From Callorhinchus milii (Eukaryota), in NCBI RefSeq assembly GCF_018977255.1, contig NW_024704743.1, positions 14,076,001-14,140,000 on the forward strand: DNA of 64,000 nt. The letters are read 5' to 3'. Made by a program: the position numbers and the translations under genes. The stretch's first letter is position 1. Each line of letters starts with the position of its first letter. A model generated the notes under the pieces. The model was not told the origin of the DNA. It was given only the letters and a program-made list of their open reading frames with translations, and made no database searches. Below are positions 38,030 to 49,871 of the stretch, one piece after another.

Positions 38030-39316
38030 GAAGCCCTCTATCTGGACTGTGCTCTGCTCACAGTACAGAGTCTGCCCTAATCAAAGTCACATACGACATT
38101 CTCTCCATCTGTGACCAGGGCTCTCTCTGCCTCCTTGGCCAACTTGTTCTCTCTGCCACCTTTGACACTTCTATTCTTCTCCACCGCTTTTCCTTAGCTC
38201 CATCTTCACGATTCTGTCCTTCACTGATTTCACTCTCATCTTTCCCAACCCATCTCCACTTTGTATCTGCCAACAAGACCAACAGTGTTCCTCAGGGCTC
38301 TATCCTCGGTCCTCTCTTTATTATGTACATGGTCATCTGTATAGGATGACACACAACTCTACCTCTCTGGCTCCAACCTCAATTCCACTGCTATTCAGAC
38401 CAATTGTCTGTCAGACATCAAGCCCTATGCGAGAGATAACTTTTTCCAGTTGAATGTCAACATGAATGTCTCCTACTTGGCTCCCTTAAGGCGGGGCAAC
38501 ATTACTATACATGGATGCACACTCTACCTCACTAAATCAACGTCTTGTTCGATGCTCAAATATCGTCAAAACCCCAGATCTAGTTCTTGAGCTATTCAGT
38601 CCTCCCCCACCTCTACCTCCACAATATTGTCTGTCTCTGCCACTACATCTCCCCTCAGGCCACCAGACCCTTATCCATTATCTTTATCACATCCAGACTT
38701 GACTATTCTCACTCTCTGCTCGCTCGTCTTTCCAAATCTTCCCTTTACATGTTGCGGGGTATTCAGAACTCTGCGGCTTCTCTCCTCTCCAGCAACAAGC
38801 TCTGGGAGCCTATTCCCACTCCCCAACCCCAGTCCACCCATCCTTGCCCGGCTCCACTGGCTCCCCATCCCCCAGAGGCAGGATGGCTAACTTGAGGGCC
38901 ACATATGTAATACAGCACGCAGGATGGCCATCCCTGCCCAGAGGATCGAGTTCAAGATCCCGTTCTCACTTTTAAAGCCCTCCATGGTCTTGCCCCACCC
39001 TACCTCTGTGACCTTCTAAAACCCAATCAACCCACCTTTTCCTTCCCTTGGTCGGCCTTGTCCACTCCAGCATCGATGGTCAGGCATTTAGCCTTTCTGT
39101 CCCCACTCCATTTCAAGAGTCCCTTCCCCTTTCCTTCACCTCCTTCAAGGTTCATCTCAAAATCTTCCCCTTTGACCGACATTTGCCCGTCCCTACGGCT
39201 CCAACCCCCCTTGAATCCATCCCCCAGTTTGGGTGATAACCCTCGACTGTCCATCGCTTTGGGATGTCCTTCCGATGTGAAAGGGCGAAATATAAATGCA
39301 ATTTTTTGCTGTTGTA
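38030..39316 (+). mobile_element. L2-clade LINE fragment (MLH1 intron 16, antisense)
   Basis: HSTESAL, VPQGSILGP, SRLDY, LHWLPI remnants; tail ends within about 10 nt of the exon 16 donor. Confidence 0.9.
38879..38936. mobile_element. 58-bp hAT-like mini DNA element
   Basis: 8-bp TSD CCCAGAGG (38871-38878, 38937-38944); termini CAGGATGGC...GCCATCCCTG. Confidence 0.7.
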
Positions 39317-39324
39317 TTACTAAC

Positions 39325-39489
39325 CCCATCAATCTCAAGTGAAAAATAATCTCGGAGCAATTCACTCTTTTTCTTCAAAAAATCCACAATATACTCTGCC
39401 AGTCCCTCCTTGGGGCCATCTTCTTCTGTCCAGCCACTGTCCGGGCTCTCCAGAGCCAGCATGGCCAGTTCATACAAAGGCGCTGGATT
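39325..39489 (-). CDS. MLH1: MLH1 exon 16 [30 protein letters not shown]...SLEIDG
   Basis: cag/gttagt; 165 nt. Confidence 0.97.
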
Positions 39490-39571
39490 CTGAGCCAAGA
39501 TAAAGAGGTACATCAGTATCTTGTTCTACACTTTTAAAAAAAAGGCAGATATAAATAAGTAACTTACTCAC

Positions 39572-39635
39572 CGACAATCTTAACACTCCAAAATTGCCAA
39601 AGTCGAATACTAATATCTGGTAGAACAATTCTTGG
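39572..39635 (-). CDS. MLH1: MLH1 exon 15 QELFYQILVFDFGNFGVLRLS
   Basis: cag/gtgagt; 64 nt; followed by an 82-nt intron. Confidence 0.97.
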
Positions 39636-39929
39636 CTGAAAGGAAAGCACAAACTGTAAACCATACTTACACAAGAGAGATTACACAAACATGACAGTGT
39701 TTCACTCAGTGCTCAGTGCTCTGCAATCACAACATTGAAGCCTTCGGTCACTCAGCTCCAGCTCCACAAGAATTCTCTCCCAAAATTCTGTTGGCTTCAG
39801 TTTTCTCTCCCCAACTTCAAAACCCTCTTTAAATAAAACTCTCACTGACCAAATCTTCAGTCAACCCCCCCCCAATTCCCCTCCTCTCCCCTCTGCTTTA
39901 TCCCATCACATATCACAAAAAAATTTCCT

Positions 39930-42124
39930 CCCTCTCCCTCTCCAATGCCCTGAAGTCATCTGAACTCCTACACCTCTGGTTTTCCCAGACTGATCTCCCC
40001 TCCTCACTCTCTTTTCTCCACAACTCCCTCTCCACCATTCTGGACTCCCTCACTTCCCGAACTGCCTCATACTCCCATAAATCCCCGGTACACCAGCCAT
40101 CTCCGTTCTCTCAAGGTACAAATGCGAGCTGCTGAACGGGCCTGGACCAAATCCAAACTTAACTGTCCATTGGCAGATTTGGCTTCACCACACCAAGACC
40201 TACCGATGCACTCTTACCTCCGCCAAATCCTCCTTGGAGGCAAAGGACAACCCCAGGCTTCTCTTTTCTACCACAAACCATCTCCTTCATCCACCTTCCC
40301 ATACCTCGCCCATCCTCTCCTCAAACTCCAACTGAGGAGATGCTGGACTTCCTCGAATCTAAAATCGAGGGGATACGTTCAGCCACCTCAGCCCCGTCCA
40401 CAGCCACCCCCACATCACCTCTCCCTCATGATCCACCCCCACCCATCCCCCCCTATACTCCTTCGACCCTATCTCTCCCTCCTCCCTCACAACTGTCTGC
40501 AAACTCAAACCCACCACCTGCTGCCTCGATCCCATCCCCTCCTCATCTCCCAGCTCCACCTTCTGGACCCCTCCTATCCGACGTCATCAACCTCTCCTTG
40601 TCCACCGGTTCAGATCCCACCCCCCTAAAAACAGCCGTCATCACCCCCATCCCGAAAAAACCTTCCCTGGACCTATCCCTTCTCTCCAGCTACCGCCCCA
40701 TCTCTAACCTCCCATTCCTCTCCAAGGTCCTGGAACAAGTCGTCGCGTCCCAGCTCTGCTCCTTTCTCTCTCGCCATTCCCTCTTTGAACCCCTCCAATC
40801 CGGCTTCCACGCTGCCCACAGCACGGAAACAGCCCTGGTCAAAGTCACTAATGACATTCTGAACATCTGTGATCAGGATTCCCTCTGCCTCCTTGTCCTC
40901 CTCGACCTCTCTGCCGTCTTCGACACTGTTGACCACTCCATCTCATACACCCCCTCGCCTCACTCAATCTTCACGGACCTGCCCTTGCCTGGTTCGATTC
41001 CTATCTCTCTCACCTTCTCCACTGTGTTGCCTCTAATGTTTCTCCTCCAGCCCCCACACTGTCACATCTGGCATCCCCCGGGGCTATGCCCTCTCCTCTT
41101 TAATATCTACATGCTCCCCCATGGTGACATCATCCGCAGACATGGGGTCAACTTACATATGTATGCGGATGACACCCAACTCTATCGTTCTGCCTCCACC
41201 CTCAACTCCAGGGCCACTGCTGTCCTGACAGACTGCCTCTCAGACATCAAGTCCTGGATGAGGGCAAACTTCCTACAGCTGAATGTGAACAAGACTGAGG
41301 CCCTCCTGATTGGCTCACACCAGCGCCTCAGCACCTCAGGCTCTGGCAGCATCAACCTCCATGGTTGCACACTTCAACTCACTAAGCCATCAGGAACCTG
41401 GGTGTCTTGTTCGACCCGCAACTGTCTTTTCTTCCCCACATCCAAGCCATGACCCGCTCTGCCTTCCCTCACCTCCATAACATCGCCCGATTCCGCCACT
41501 ACCTCACCCCTCAGGCCACTGAAACTCTTGTTCATGCCTTCATCACCTCCAGGCTCGACTATGCAAACGTCCTGCTTGTCGGTCTTCCCAACTCCTCCCT
41601 CCACAGGCTGCAGATAATCCAGAACTCTGCAGCCCGTGTCCTCTCCCGCACCAAACTCCGTGACCCCATTTCCCCCATTCTCGCCCGACTCCATTGGCTC
41701 CCTATCCTTCAGAGGATCCAGTTCAAAATCCTGGTCCTCACCTACAAAGCCCTCCATGGCCTCACCCCACCCTATCTCTGTGACCTCCTAACCCCTTATC
41801 AACCCGCCGGTTCCCTCAGCTCAGCCGGCTCTGGCCTGCTCCACGTCCCCCGCCCCACCCGCCCCACCATTGGCGGGAGACCCTTCAGCCACTCTGCCCT
41901 CAACCTCTGGAACTCCATCCCCCAATCACTCTGCCTCACACTCTCCTTAGCCTCCTTCAAGTCCTGCCTCAAAACCCTCCTCTTCGACCATGGTCACCCC
42001 CCTTTCCCTCCTCTCCCTTCTCCCCCGATCCCAGCTTGGGTCTGAAATGCTGTACACTGTCCAGCGCCTTGGGACGTCCTCCCGACGTGAAAGGCGCTAT
42101 ACAAATGTAATCTTGTTGTTGTTG
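39930..42124 (+). mobile_element. Long L2-clade LINE copy with frameshifted reverse transcriptase
   Basis: ORFs 40340-41452 and 41407-42045: YRPISNLPFLSKVLE, LQSGF, HSTETAL, LDLSAVFD, HMYADD, SRLDY, LHWLP; intact 3' stem-loop + (TTG)n. Confidence 0.95.
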
Positions 42125-42269
42125 CTCACTGATCCCCATCATCATTGTGAAATGCTTTAAGATGTCTATCCACATGAAAGGTGCTATATAAAGTGCAAGC
42201 TGCTGTTAAATACCATAGCCACATAACCCTGCAGATTTTGTTGTTAACTTTTTGAGTACATCCTGGTGG

Positions 42270-42570
42270 ATACATTTAGGGAATGGGAGAAGGTAATCGA
42301 GGACTGGAGACAGGCAAATGCAACTGCAGTTTGTAAAAAGGAGCATTAAGCAACTCTGTGAACTGCAGGTCAGTGCAACCAACACATACCACAGTTAAAA
42401 CAGTGGGATATCATCCAGAAGGAAGAACAAACCACTGACAGACAAATGGAATGATGAGAGGGAGTCAGCGTGGCTTTATGAAAGGGAGGCCGGACTTGAC
42501 AGATTTTAGACCTTTGAAGGACTGACTAAACCTGTGGATAAGGGTTATTCGATAGACGTTATATATAATC
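42270..42570 (+). mobile_element. Degraded CR1 RT fragment
   Basis: DWRQAN...KK, SQRGFMKGR-like remnants. Confidence 0.6.
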
Positions 42571-42644
42571 CTTTAATTTGTATTTGATATAGTGCCTTAT
42601 CATGTTGTTGAGACATCTCAAAGTGTTTCATAGGATTTACCATA

Positions 42645-43120
42645 CAAAACTTGCATTTATATAGTGCCCTTCACACTGTACGGCATCTTAGAGCAGTTAA
42701 CAGTGGCAGAGCCGATGCCGAGCCAGGGGGAGGGGGAAGGTGACCATAGGCACGGTCGAAGAGGAAGGTGAACTGAAAAGGGAGAGAGAGGGGACAAGGC
42801 AAAGGGTTTGAGGGAGAGAGTTCCACAGCTTCGGGGTATTCAGATCTCTCCAGCACCAAGCTCTGGGAGTGGCTGAAAGTAAGGCTGCCGATGTTGGGGC
42901 AGAGGGTCCAGGGGACTGGCTGGAGCCAGTTGAACGGAGGCAGCGGGTAGTGGTGTAGGGCGAGAGTGTAGTTTGGGGAGACACGGGGATGCCAGGACGT
43001 GAAGGGATTTAAAAACAAGAGTGAGGGTCTTGAAATTGATCCGTTCTTTGACAAGGAGCCAATGGAGTTTGACAAAGACTGGGGTAATGGAGGTGCGGAG
43101 TTTAGTGCGGGTGAAAATGC
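42645..43120 (-). mobile_element. L2-clade LINE 3' fragment
   Basis: ITPVFVKLHWLLVKERINFKTL. Confidence 0.8.
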
Positions 43121-43904
43121 CATCCATTTCACATTGACCGTAAAATGGATTGATTGCGTATTTTGTGGGCGAAACGCGGCAGCCAGTTGCACACAGCAGT
43201 GTCCCACAAACAGCCATGAATCGAATGACCAACTTTATTTGGGGGGGATTTTGGATGGCACCTCAGACAATGCAGCACATTCCCAGTACTACATTGGAAT
43301 GTCAGTATGCACAGTCTATTCTATAAATCTTTTATCTTTTATTTTCTTGCTCTGGCCCTACTGATTTTGATTTGGGTTTTAACACAACTTTTTGACTCAT
43401 TGCCACCCAGGAGGCTGGTCCACAAGGTTGGAAAGCACAAGAGGAAGGGAAGCTTCTGAAATGGATTATTAATTGGCTGAATGAGTGGATGTCGTGGTGG
43501 AAATGCATCTGCACCTAATGAAGGGTTTAGTGGGGTGCCTAACCCATCTCAGCTAGAGAAATGATTGTTTACATTGTACACACTGGTTTGGCAGAAACAA
43601 AGTTATTTAACTTTGAAGACAATCTACTGAGTTCCCCTTGACCACGAGTTCATTAACTCAGAGAACTGATCAATTTATCAGGTATATGTGTGTGGGGGAG
43701 GGGTTGTATATCACAGGGAACAAGCACAGTCATGGTGGGTCGAACAGTCTCCTTCTGTGCTATAAAATCTCTATGGTGGTAAAACCCAATACAGAGGTTG
43801 GGATTCAGAGGTTGAACTGAAAAGAATCTCATAACATAGCAGAGTTATTTGGGAGGACTAGTGAACAGATCACTGAAACCATTAGTCTGTGGCAGAGGTA
43901 AGAA

Positions 43905-44262
43905 GTATATTTGATACAGTGCCTTATCACGCCGTTGAGACGTCTCAAAGAGCTTTACAGAATATATTGGCAAGCGGATTGCCTGTGTATTGTGTGGACG
44001 AAACGCAGCAGCCAATTGCACACAGCAGTGTTCCATGAAAGTCATGGATTGAGTTACCAATATTTTTTTTCTTTTCGAGAAATTATTATCCCCAAAAAGC
44101 GATCCGCCAATCAACTAAAATGACCGGGCTCTTACTTATTGCTAGGTAAGCAGAGGTGTGTGGAGTAAGGAAACGTGCATAAGGTTTTGCCCTGCCCAGG
44201 ACTTGATCCCGGGTCGTCTTGCTTGCAAGGCAAGAGCGCTAACCACTACGCTACAGGACTCC
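43905..44262 (-). mobile_element. tRNA(Ala)-headed SINE, family A
   Basis: Reverse complement GGAGTCCTGTAGCGTAGTGGTTAGCGCTC..., TGC anticodon-like loop, shared tail. Confidence 0.88.
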
Positions 44263-44369
44263 ATTTTTATGATAAAAATCTTCTCTGCGCCCACGTCCTC
44301 TTTACACCCCCATTAGTCACATCTCCCAGTCGTTGCCCGAATGGTGTTTAAAGGTTTAAGTTTGTTTAC

Positions 44370-44478
44370 CTGAGCTTGGTGAGGTTAATCAGGTAAAGTT
44401 TGGTCTGGTACTGCACCAATGTCCATTGAGGGTTTACACAGCCCACAAATGAATGGTTCCTCAGCATATCTTGCAGAC
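44370..44478 (-). CDS. MLH1: MLH1 exon 14 [35 protein letters not shown]
   Basis: aag/gtaaac; 109 nt. Confidence 0.96.
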
Positions 44479-45347
44479 CTTAAGATAAAGTTACAAACGG
44501 GTCACTCATTACAAATCAAATCTTTAACTCTGCGCCTCTCCCCCTCCCCCACCATGTATTATCTGGCATTAGAGCCACGAGTGCCAGGAGCACCTTGTTC
44601 AGTCTTTATGTGTTAAGGGCAGATAGAAAGGATCAGTAGGCTATTTGATCACAGGAGGCTTCGCAGTTAAGAGCATTCATCTTCTATTTCAGTGTTTACA
44701 CACACACTTTAAAACAGGAAAGCACTAGATAGCAATCACAACCAGAATCCTGGATGAGGTTTCTCTCTTCCTGAAGCAGGATTATATAACAGGTTTTCTG
44801 AGGTGCCACATCATCACCTTGGCCGACAGAAGCTAAACCACAGTGTGTAGTTTGGGAGCAGATAATCCCAACAATAGGGCTCATATGGAGAGTGATCTTT
44901 GGACTTGTATTCTACAATATGGGAAAAGTTTTAAAAAGGAACCAGACAAGTTTCTGTCAACTAAAAGGATTCAGGGTTATTAGTGACAACTTTAGAGACA
45001 GAAACATTGAGAACATCTATTAGAATTGGATGGGATTATATTGGATTATTGTACATAGGAATAGACTATTTGACCTAATGCTGTATCACGTACTATAGGC
45101 TGCCCTAATTCCAGTTCTCTGAATTCTCACATGTACTTTAAAATTGCTACTTCCCATATCTTTTTTGAATTCCTGGCTTGAACTCTTACCTATGGCTTTG
45201 ATATGGTAGTGTGCACCACAATCATACAGCCTGGACACAGTGCTCTCCAGTCCGAAATGATTACTATGTAACTCAGCAAAGGTGGTGCATTCATTTATTG
45301 AGTCACAGTCAGCGTTAGACCCTGCGCCACTATAGGGAAGCCTGTAC

Positions 45348-45496
45348 CTGTGTGAGACTGGGTGTTGATTTCGTCTTGTAATGCCAGCACACTGGTGAGG
45401 TTAATAATCCGGCGTTTGGGGAGCTGAGCAGCTGCCGTTTCACTGCTGGAGTTGTCTACCTTCATCTCCACTTCTGAATCTGCTCTTGCCCTCTTC
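45348..45496 (-). CDS. MLH1: MLH1 exon 13 [11 protein letters not shown]...[19 protein letters not shown]
   Basis: tag/gtacag; 149 nt; basic NLS-like RKRAR across the exon 12/13 junction. Confidence 0.96.
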
Positions 45497-45971
45497 CTAC
45501 CAAAAAAAATGTTTTGAATGAATGCCAATTTATTCCAATAATTATAATGAAAATAATCCTTGCATTTGATTTAATGCCTTCTCACATCTTTGAGACGTCT
45601 TAGAGTGCTTCACTGTAAGGTGGATTGACTGTGCATTCTGTTTTAAGATCCATTGTACTCATCCTCCAACTCTCCTCTCCCCGAATATCCTGGTTACTTT
45701 TAGGAGAACCATCCAGTTGGAAAGCAGAGATTCTTAACCTGGAACCAGCTCCCATCATATCACCAGCAGCTCCCGTCTCTAACTCATTCAAAGATGATAT
45801 TGTGGACAGATCTAGTGGAGAGCTGCGGTGTGAGTGGGGCAGGGCAGAAAATAGCTCCTTGGCCTGAACCGGCAAATGACAATTGACAGCTGGTTTCAGG
45901 GACATGGACTGTTCATTGAAAGTGGGAGAACCTCTTAACCTGACACATAGCTCAAGGTGACGATCTCTAAA

Positions 45972-46710
45972 TAACAACTTACACTTATACATCATCCCTC
46001 ACATAGTCTTGGGAGAGCATTACAATAACAGGGCGGACACCAGGTTGGGGCAGGGGAGGAGGGGTGGACCGTAGGCACCGTCAAAGAGGTAGGTTTTAAC
46101 CTCGTTGAGCTCTCAGTCTCTAGTGAGTTTGCTGGAGTTGGTAAGCTAATGTCATTTACCTCCTCCATCTCAAGTCCTGATACCAAACTGCACCAGTGCT
46201 GGTCATGGCCTGCCCAGCCTCTGCTCTGCTCACTGGCTTGAAAACAGATACAGATAGAGATGGGGCGAGGCAGAGGTTTGAGGGAGTTCCAGAGGTTGGG
46301 GTGTAGAATTGGAAAACTTGGCCACAGGTAGTAGAGTGGGGGATGTGTAGCAAGCCGAGTTACCTGATCAGAGGAGCGCGGGAGGAGAAGATCAGAGGAG
46401 CTAGGGCATGAAATAATTTGTAGGTGAGGGTGAGGGCCCTGAAGTTGATCCACTGAAAGACAGGGAGCCAGTGGAGCCTGGCGAGGACTGGGGTGATGGA
46501 CATATGGAGTTTAGTGTTGGTCAGGAGGTGGGTGGAATTTGGGATGAGCTGAAGTTGAAGGATGGTGGATCTAGGGAGACCAGACCAGGAAGTTTGAAAA
46601 TTCCTGCCAGGAGGTGGTTAAAGTGTGGCTAGGGATTTGGATCGGATTTAGCGTGAGGTAGGGACAGAGACGGACAATGTGGCAGAGGTGGAAAAAAGCA
46701 GTCTTGATCA
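45972..46710 (-). mobile_element. L2-clade LINE fragment carrying an MLH1 exon-12 copy
   Basis: L2 3' features (CTCTGGAACTCCCTC, AAAACCTACCTCTTTGAC, tail) interrupted by 46104-46238. Confidence 0.8.
46104..46238 (-). pseudogene. Partial duplicate of MLH1 exon 12 in intron 12
   Basis: 120/136 identical to 46951-47086 by hand alignment, with one 1-nt deletion. Confidence 0.92.
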
Positions 46711-46890
46711 GAGACTGACCAGAGAAATAACAGACGTATCCACAGCACACCACTTAGTACTGCACAGTCGAATTACTGTAAATTCCAACGCCACTCTTAA
46801 AACACCTCTGCAGCCATAAGTCCCTGCAAAAAATGTCCAAGGGTTTTATTGCAAGTGCAAATCACATTCACTTTGATAGTTAGCATTTAC

Positions 46891-47231
46891 CTGGACAATG
46901 AATTAGTTGAGGCTTTGCTGCATGACTGTATAGGGTCCTCCTCAAACTTTGTTGAGCTCTCAGTCTCTAGAGAATTTGCTGGAGCTGGTAAGGCAGTGTC
47001 ATTTACCTCCTCCATCTCACAGTCCTGACCCCAAGCCACACCAGTGCTGTTCGTGGCCTGCCCAGCCTGTGCTCTGCACACTGGCTGAAGGAAGGCATCC
47101 AGCTTCTGCTCCCTGGAATCTGTCCGCACCATCTGGTGAGCGTATAGCTTGTCACCAGAGTCTTGAGCTGCTGATGCCGTTGAAGGTTTGACAATTTCAT
47201 CCGAGGCTATGGAAGAGCCTGGCAGCAGTGT
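46891..47231 (-). CDS. MLH1: MLH1 exon 12 (linker) TLLPG...[21 protein letters not shown]...NSLS
   Basis: tag/gtaaat; 341 nt phase 0-2; conserved linker motif [14 protein letters not shown]. Confidence 0.95.
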
Positions 47232-47511
47232 CTAAGAAGATTTGTGAAAAACAATTATTAAACAGATGCAAAGACAACTTCCACACTAATAATAAATAAT
47301 CCTTACATTTGATAAAGTGTCTTATCAAGCCGTTGAGACGCGCACATTTAACCCAATTTAATGCAAGGACATTGGTGGATGGTGTGGTAGGGTTAGAAAT
47401 GGAAGCCTCAGAATATCTTCAGGAAGAGAAGAAAATTGGGTGGGGGTGCTGGGGAAAAAAAAGACAACAATATGTATAAAAAGATCTGCTGAACGAAGAA
47501 GTGTCACTGAC

Positions 47512-47665
47512 CTGGGTGAAATAGGTCCTGGAGGAATTGGAGCCGAGGAGTTTGCTCTCGATGTGCTGCTGCACACGCTCAATGATATTCTCCTCGTACA
47601 GGAAGTGAACCTCGTGCTTGGTGGGATGGACGTTCACGTCCACATTCTGTGGCTGTATTTCAAGA
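47512..47665 (-). CDS. MLH1: MLH1 exon 11 [22 protein letters not shown]...SRTYFTQ
   Basis: aag/gtcagt; 154 nt; MutL DVNVHPTK motif. Confidence 0.98.
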
Positions 47666-47755
47666 CTTAAACCAAAGAACACAGAGAGCTGAACGTTAAT
47701 AAACCAAAGAGAAGCTCGCAACAACTGCACACCCTTCCCTGTCCTTTATATTTAC

Positions 47756-47849
47756 CTCAGGTACAGGAATGGGTGTGTATTTTTTGGAAGGTACGCTGCA
47801 TAGACGGCTTCTATTGCTTTTCGCAAAGTGCTAGATTCCACCAAGCGAT
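47756..47849 (-). CDS. MLH1: MLH1 exon 10 [30 protein letters not shown]
   Basis: aag/gtaaat; 94 nt; followed by a 90-nt intron. Confidence 0.97.
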
Positions 47850-48797
47850 CTTTAAAAAAAACACACAAAAAAATATCCTGAGTAAGTTGTGGTGATATCG
47901 AAAATTGAGGAAATTGAGGGTTATCCAAATGACAGGTTCAAAATAATTGACAAAGTAAATAAGCATTCAGCTGCACAAACATTTCTGTAAAGAAGGAGCA
48001 GTAAGAAACTGCAGGAAGCCATATACAGAATCAATTGAGGTGTTTACGAGGGAGAGATAACTATTTGATAAAGATAGAATAGAGGAAACGTAGCGAAATG
48101 CAAATCAAGGCAGAACATGCTCAATGGGCTGAATGGATTCCTTCTATTCCTGAGGAAAATCATACTATTTAAAAAGAACAATCCCAAAGAATAGGGCTCG
48201 TATGGAGAGTTCCACATTAATTATTCCACGGTTAGTTAACATTGAAACATTGTCAAGTGCAAAAATAACAAAATAAATGTATAACATCAGCAATCTTTTA
48301 TTTCTGAATCTTTTAAAACAAACCTGTGAATTAACTGGATATAATAAATAATAAACACTCCTCACAATCTGGCCAAAGGCACTTCAGAGGCTGTCTAAGT
48401 TTCAATCCCCATCTTCCCTGAATCTGAAGCAACCAGAGTAAAATCTCACCCTCCCAAACATAATAATAATCTTGCATTTCATATAGCGCCTTATCACGTC
48501 ATTGAGACATCTCAAAGCGCTTCACAGAATATACAATAAAGTGTAGTGATTGTGTATTTTGGGGTGAAACGGGGCAACCATTTGCTATCAGCAATGTCCA
48601 CAAACAGCCATTTGCTGTCCTGTATCCTCACAAAGCCAATTTATCCAGTGAACTTGACTTTTGTGCAGGGACTCTCAGCATTTAGTAAGATGTACTGTAC
48701 AATCAGGCAGCTAGGCATGCAATAGAATAGAGAGGAACAATGAGGATCAGAGACAAATTTGTTTGCAGTAACTTGTTTTTAAAAAATAAACACTTAC

Positions 48798-48910
48798 GAT
48801 TGATGAAGAGCAAAAAGATGCACTTTTTCACAGAATAATTTGCATTGGATATATAACCTTTCATCTTGAAAGCTAATTTTGGATCTTCAAGACCCACTTC
48901 AATCAATTCT
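48798..48910 (-). CDS. MLH1: MLH1 exon 9 [37 protein letters not shown]
   Basis: cag/gtaagt; 113 nt. Confidence 0.97.
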
Positions 48911-49782
48911 CTGTAGAGGAAACAAATGATAATGAAAGGTGAAATGTAGGTTCCCTCTAATGCTCTCCCTCCTCTGTTGAAGCCATGCCATTGACTTGTA
49001 TTGAGTTACAGTTCCATACCTAATGAATTTGCTTTACCACCTCATCCAAGCAATCACTCATTACATTTAAGGAATGAGGTCAGCAATGACTCAAGCATAA
49101 GGGCATCACAGCCAAGTGTGATCCTGCACTCACATCATCCCAGCTGCCAGTAGAGATGACTGGGAAACAAGTGGGAACGGAATCACAGGCTGATTTCTCT
49201 CCCAACTCCAGGAATACGGAGGACTTAGAACAATGGTGTCCAACGTTTATCGGCCAAGAAAGTAAATGTTCTTGATTGAATATTTCTTGATTTATGCCAT
49301 GAATCAAGAAATAACCAATCAAGAAATAAAACTGAAAACACATTACTGATTTGACACAGACGTACCTAGACTCTTGCGAATGTTCGGGGGGGGGGGGTGG
49401 GGACTTTTTGACGGCCTGCTGACCATTTCCAGCCCGTGGCTACAACACTGCCATAGACTCTTGCAATCATCTGCTCGCACCAAATAATTCATACAGAGAC
49501 CTAACACTTGACTACCATTTAACAGTAGAAATTTAGTGTTGGGGAAATCACAATCTCAACTGAGTTAGGAGGGGAGAAACTAGGTGGTGGTGGCAAGAGA
49601 GAAGGGGAAATGTTCCAAGGTTACTCCATTATTTCACCTTGACGTGTGTGCCATGGGGGGTAGGGGGGAGTGAGGGGGACAGGAAAGGGGGATGTGCTAA
49701 AAAAAGATTTTTTTAAAAAAAGGCTAAGCAATTTTATTTTAAAAGATTTCCACCTCAATTTATAATTTAGAACTCATCATAC

Positions 49783-49871
49783 CTGCTGACAGCGTTTCCA
49801 TAGATTGTTCGGATATTGTCCAAGGTTGAAGCATTTAATAAAGTCCTTACATCAGCCATAGTTCCACCATG
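49783..49871 (-). CDS. MLH1: MLH1 exon 8 [29 protein letters not shown]
   Basis: tag/gtatga; 89 nt. Confidence 0.96.

Noticed and set aside
40340..42045. 370-aa and 212-aa ORFs as a host gene or functional RT
   Set aside because: Frameshifted, 5'-truncated LINE ORF2 with internal deletions and no recognisable intact endonuclease.
45992..46453. 153-aa ORF containing the MLH1-like peptide EMEEVND...NSLETESST
   Set aside because: Chance read-through of LINE sequence plus the frameshifted exon-12 copy; not a separate gene.
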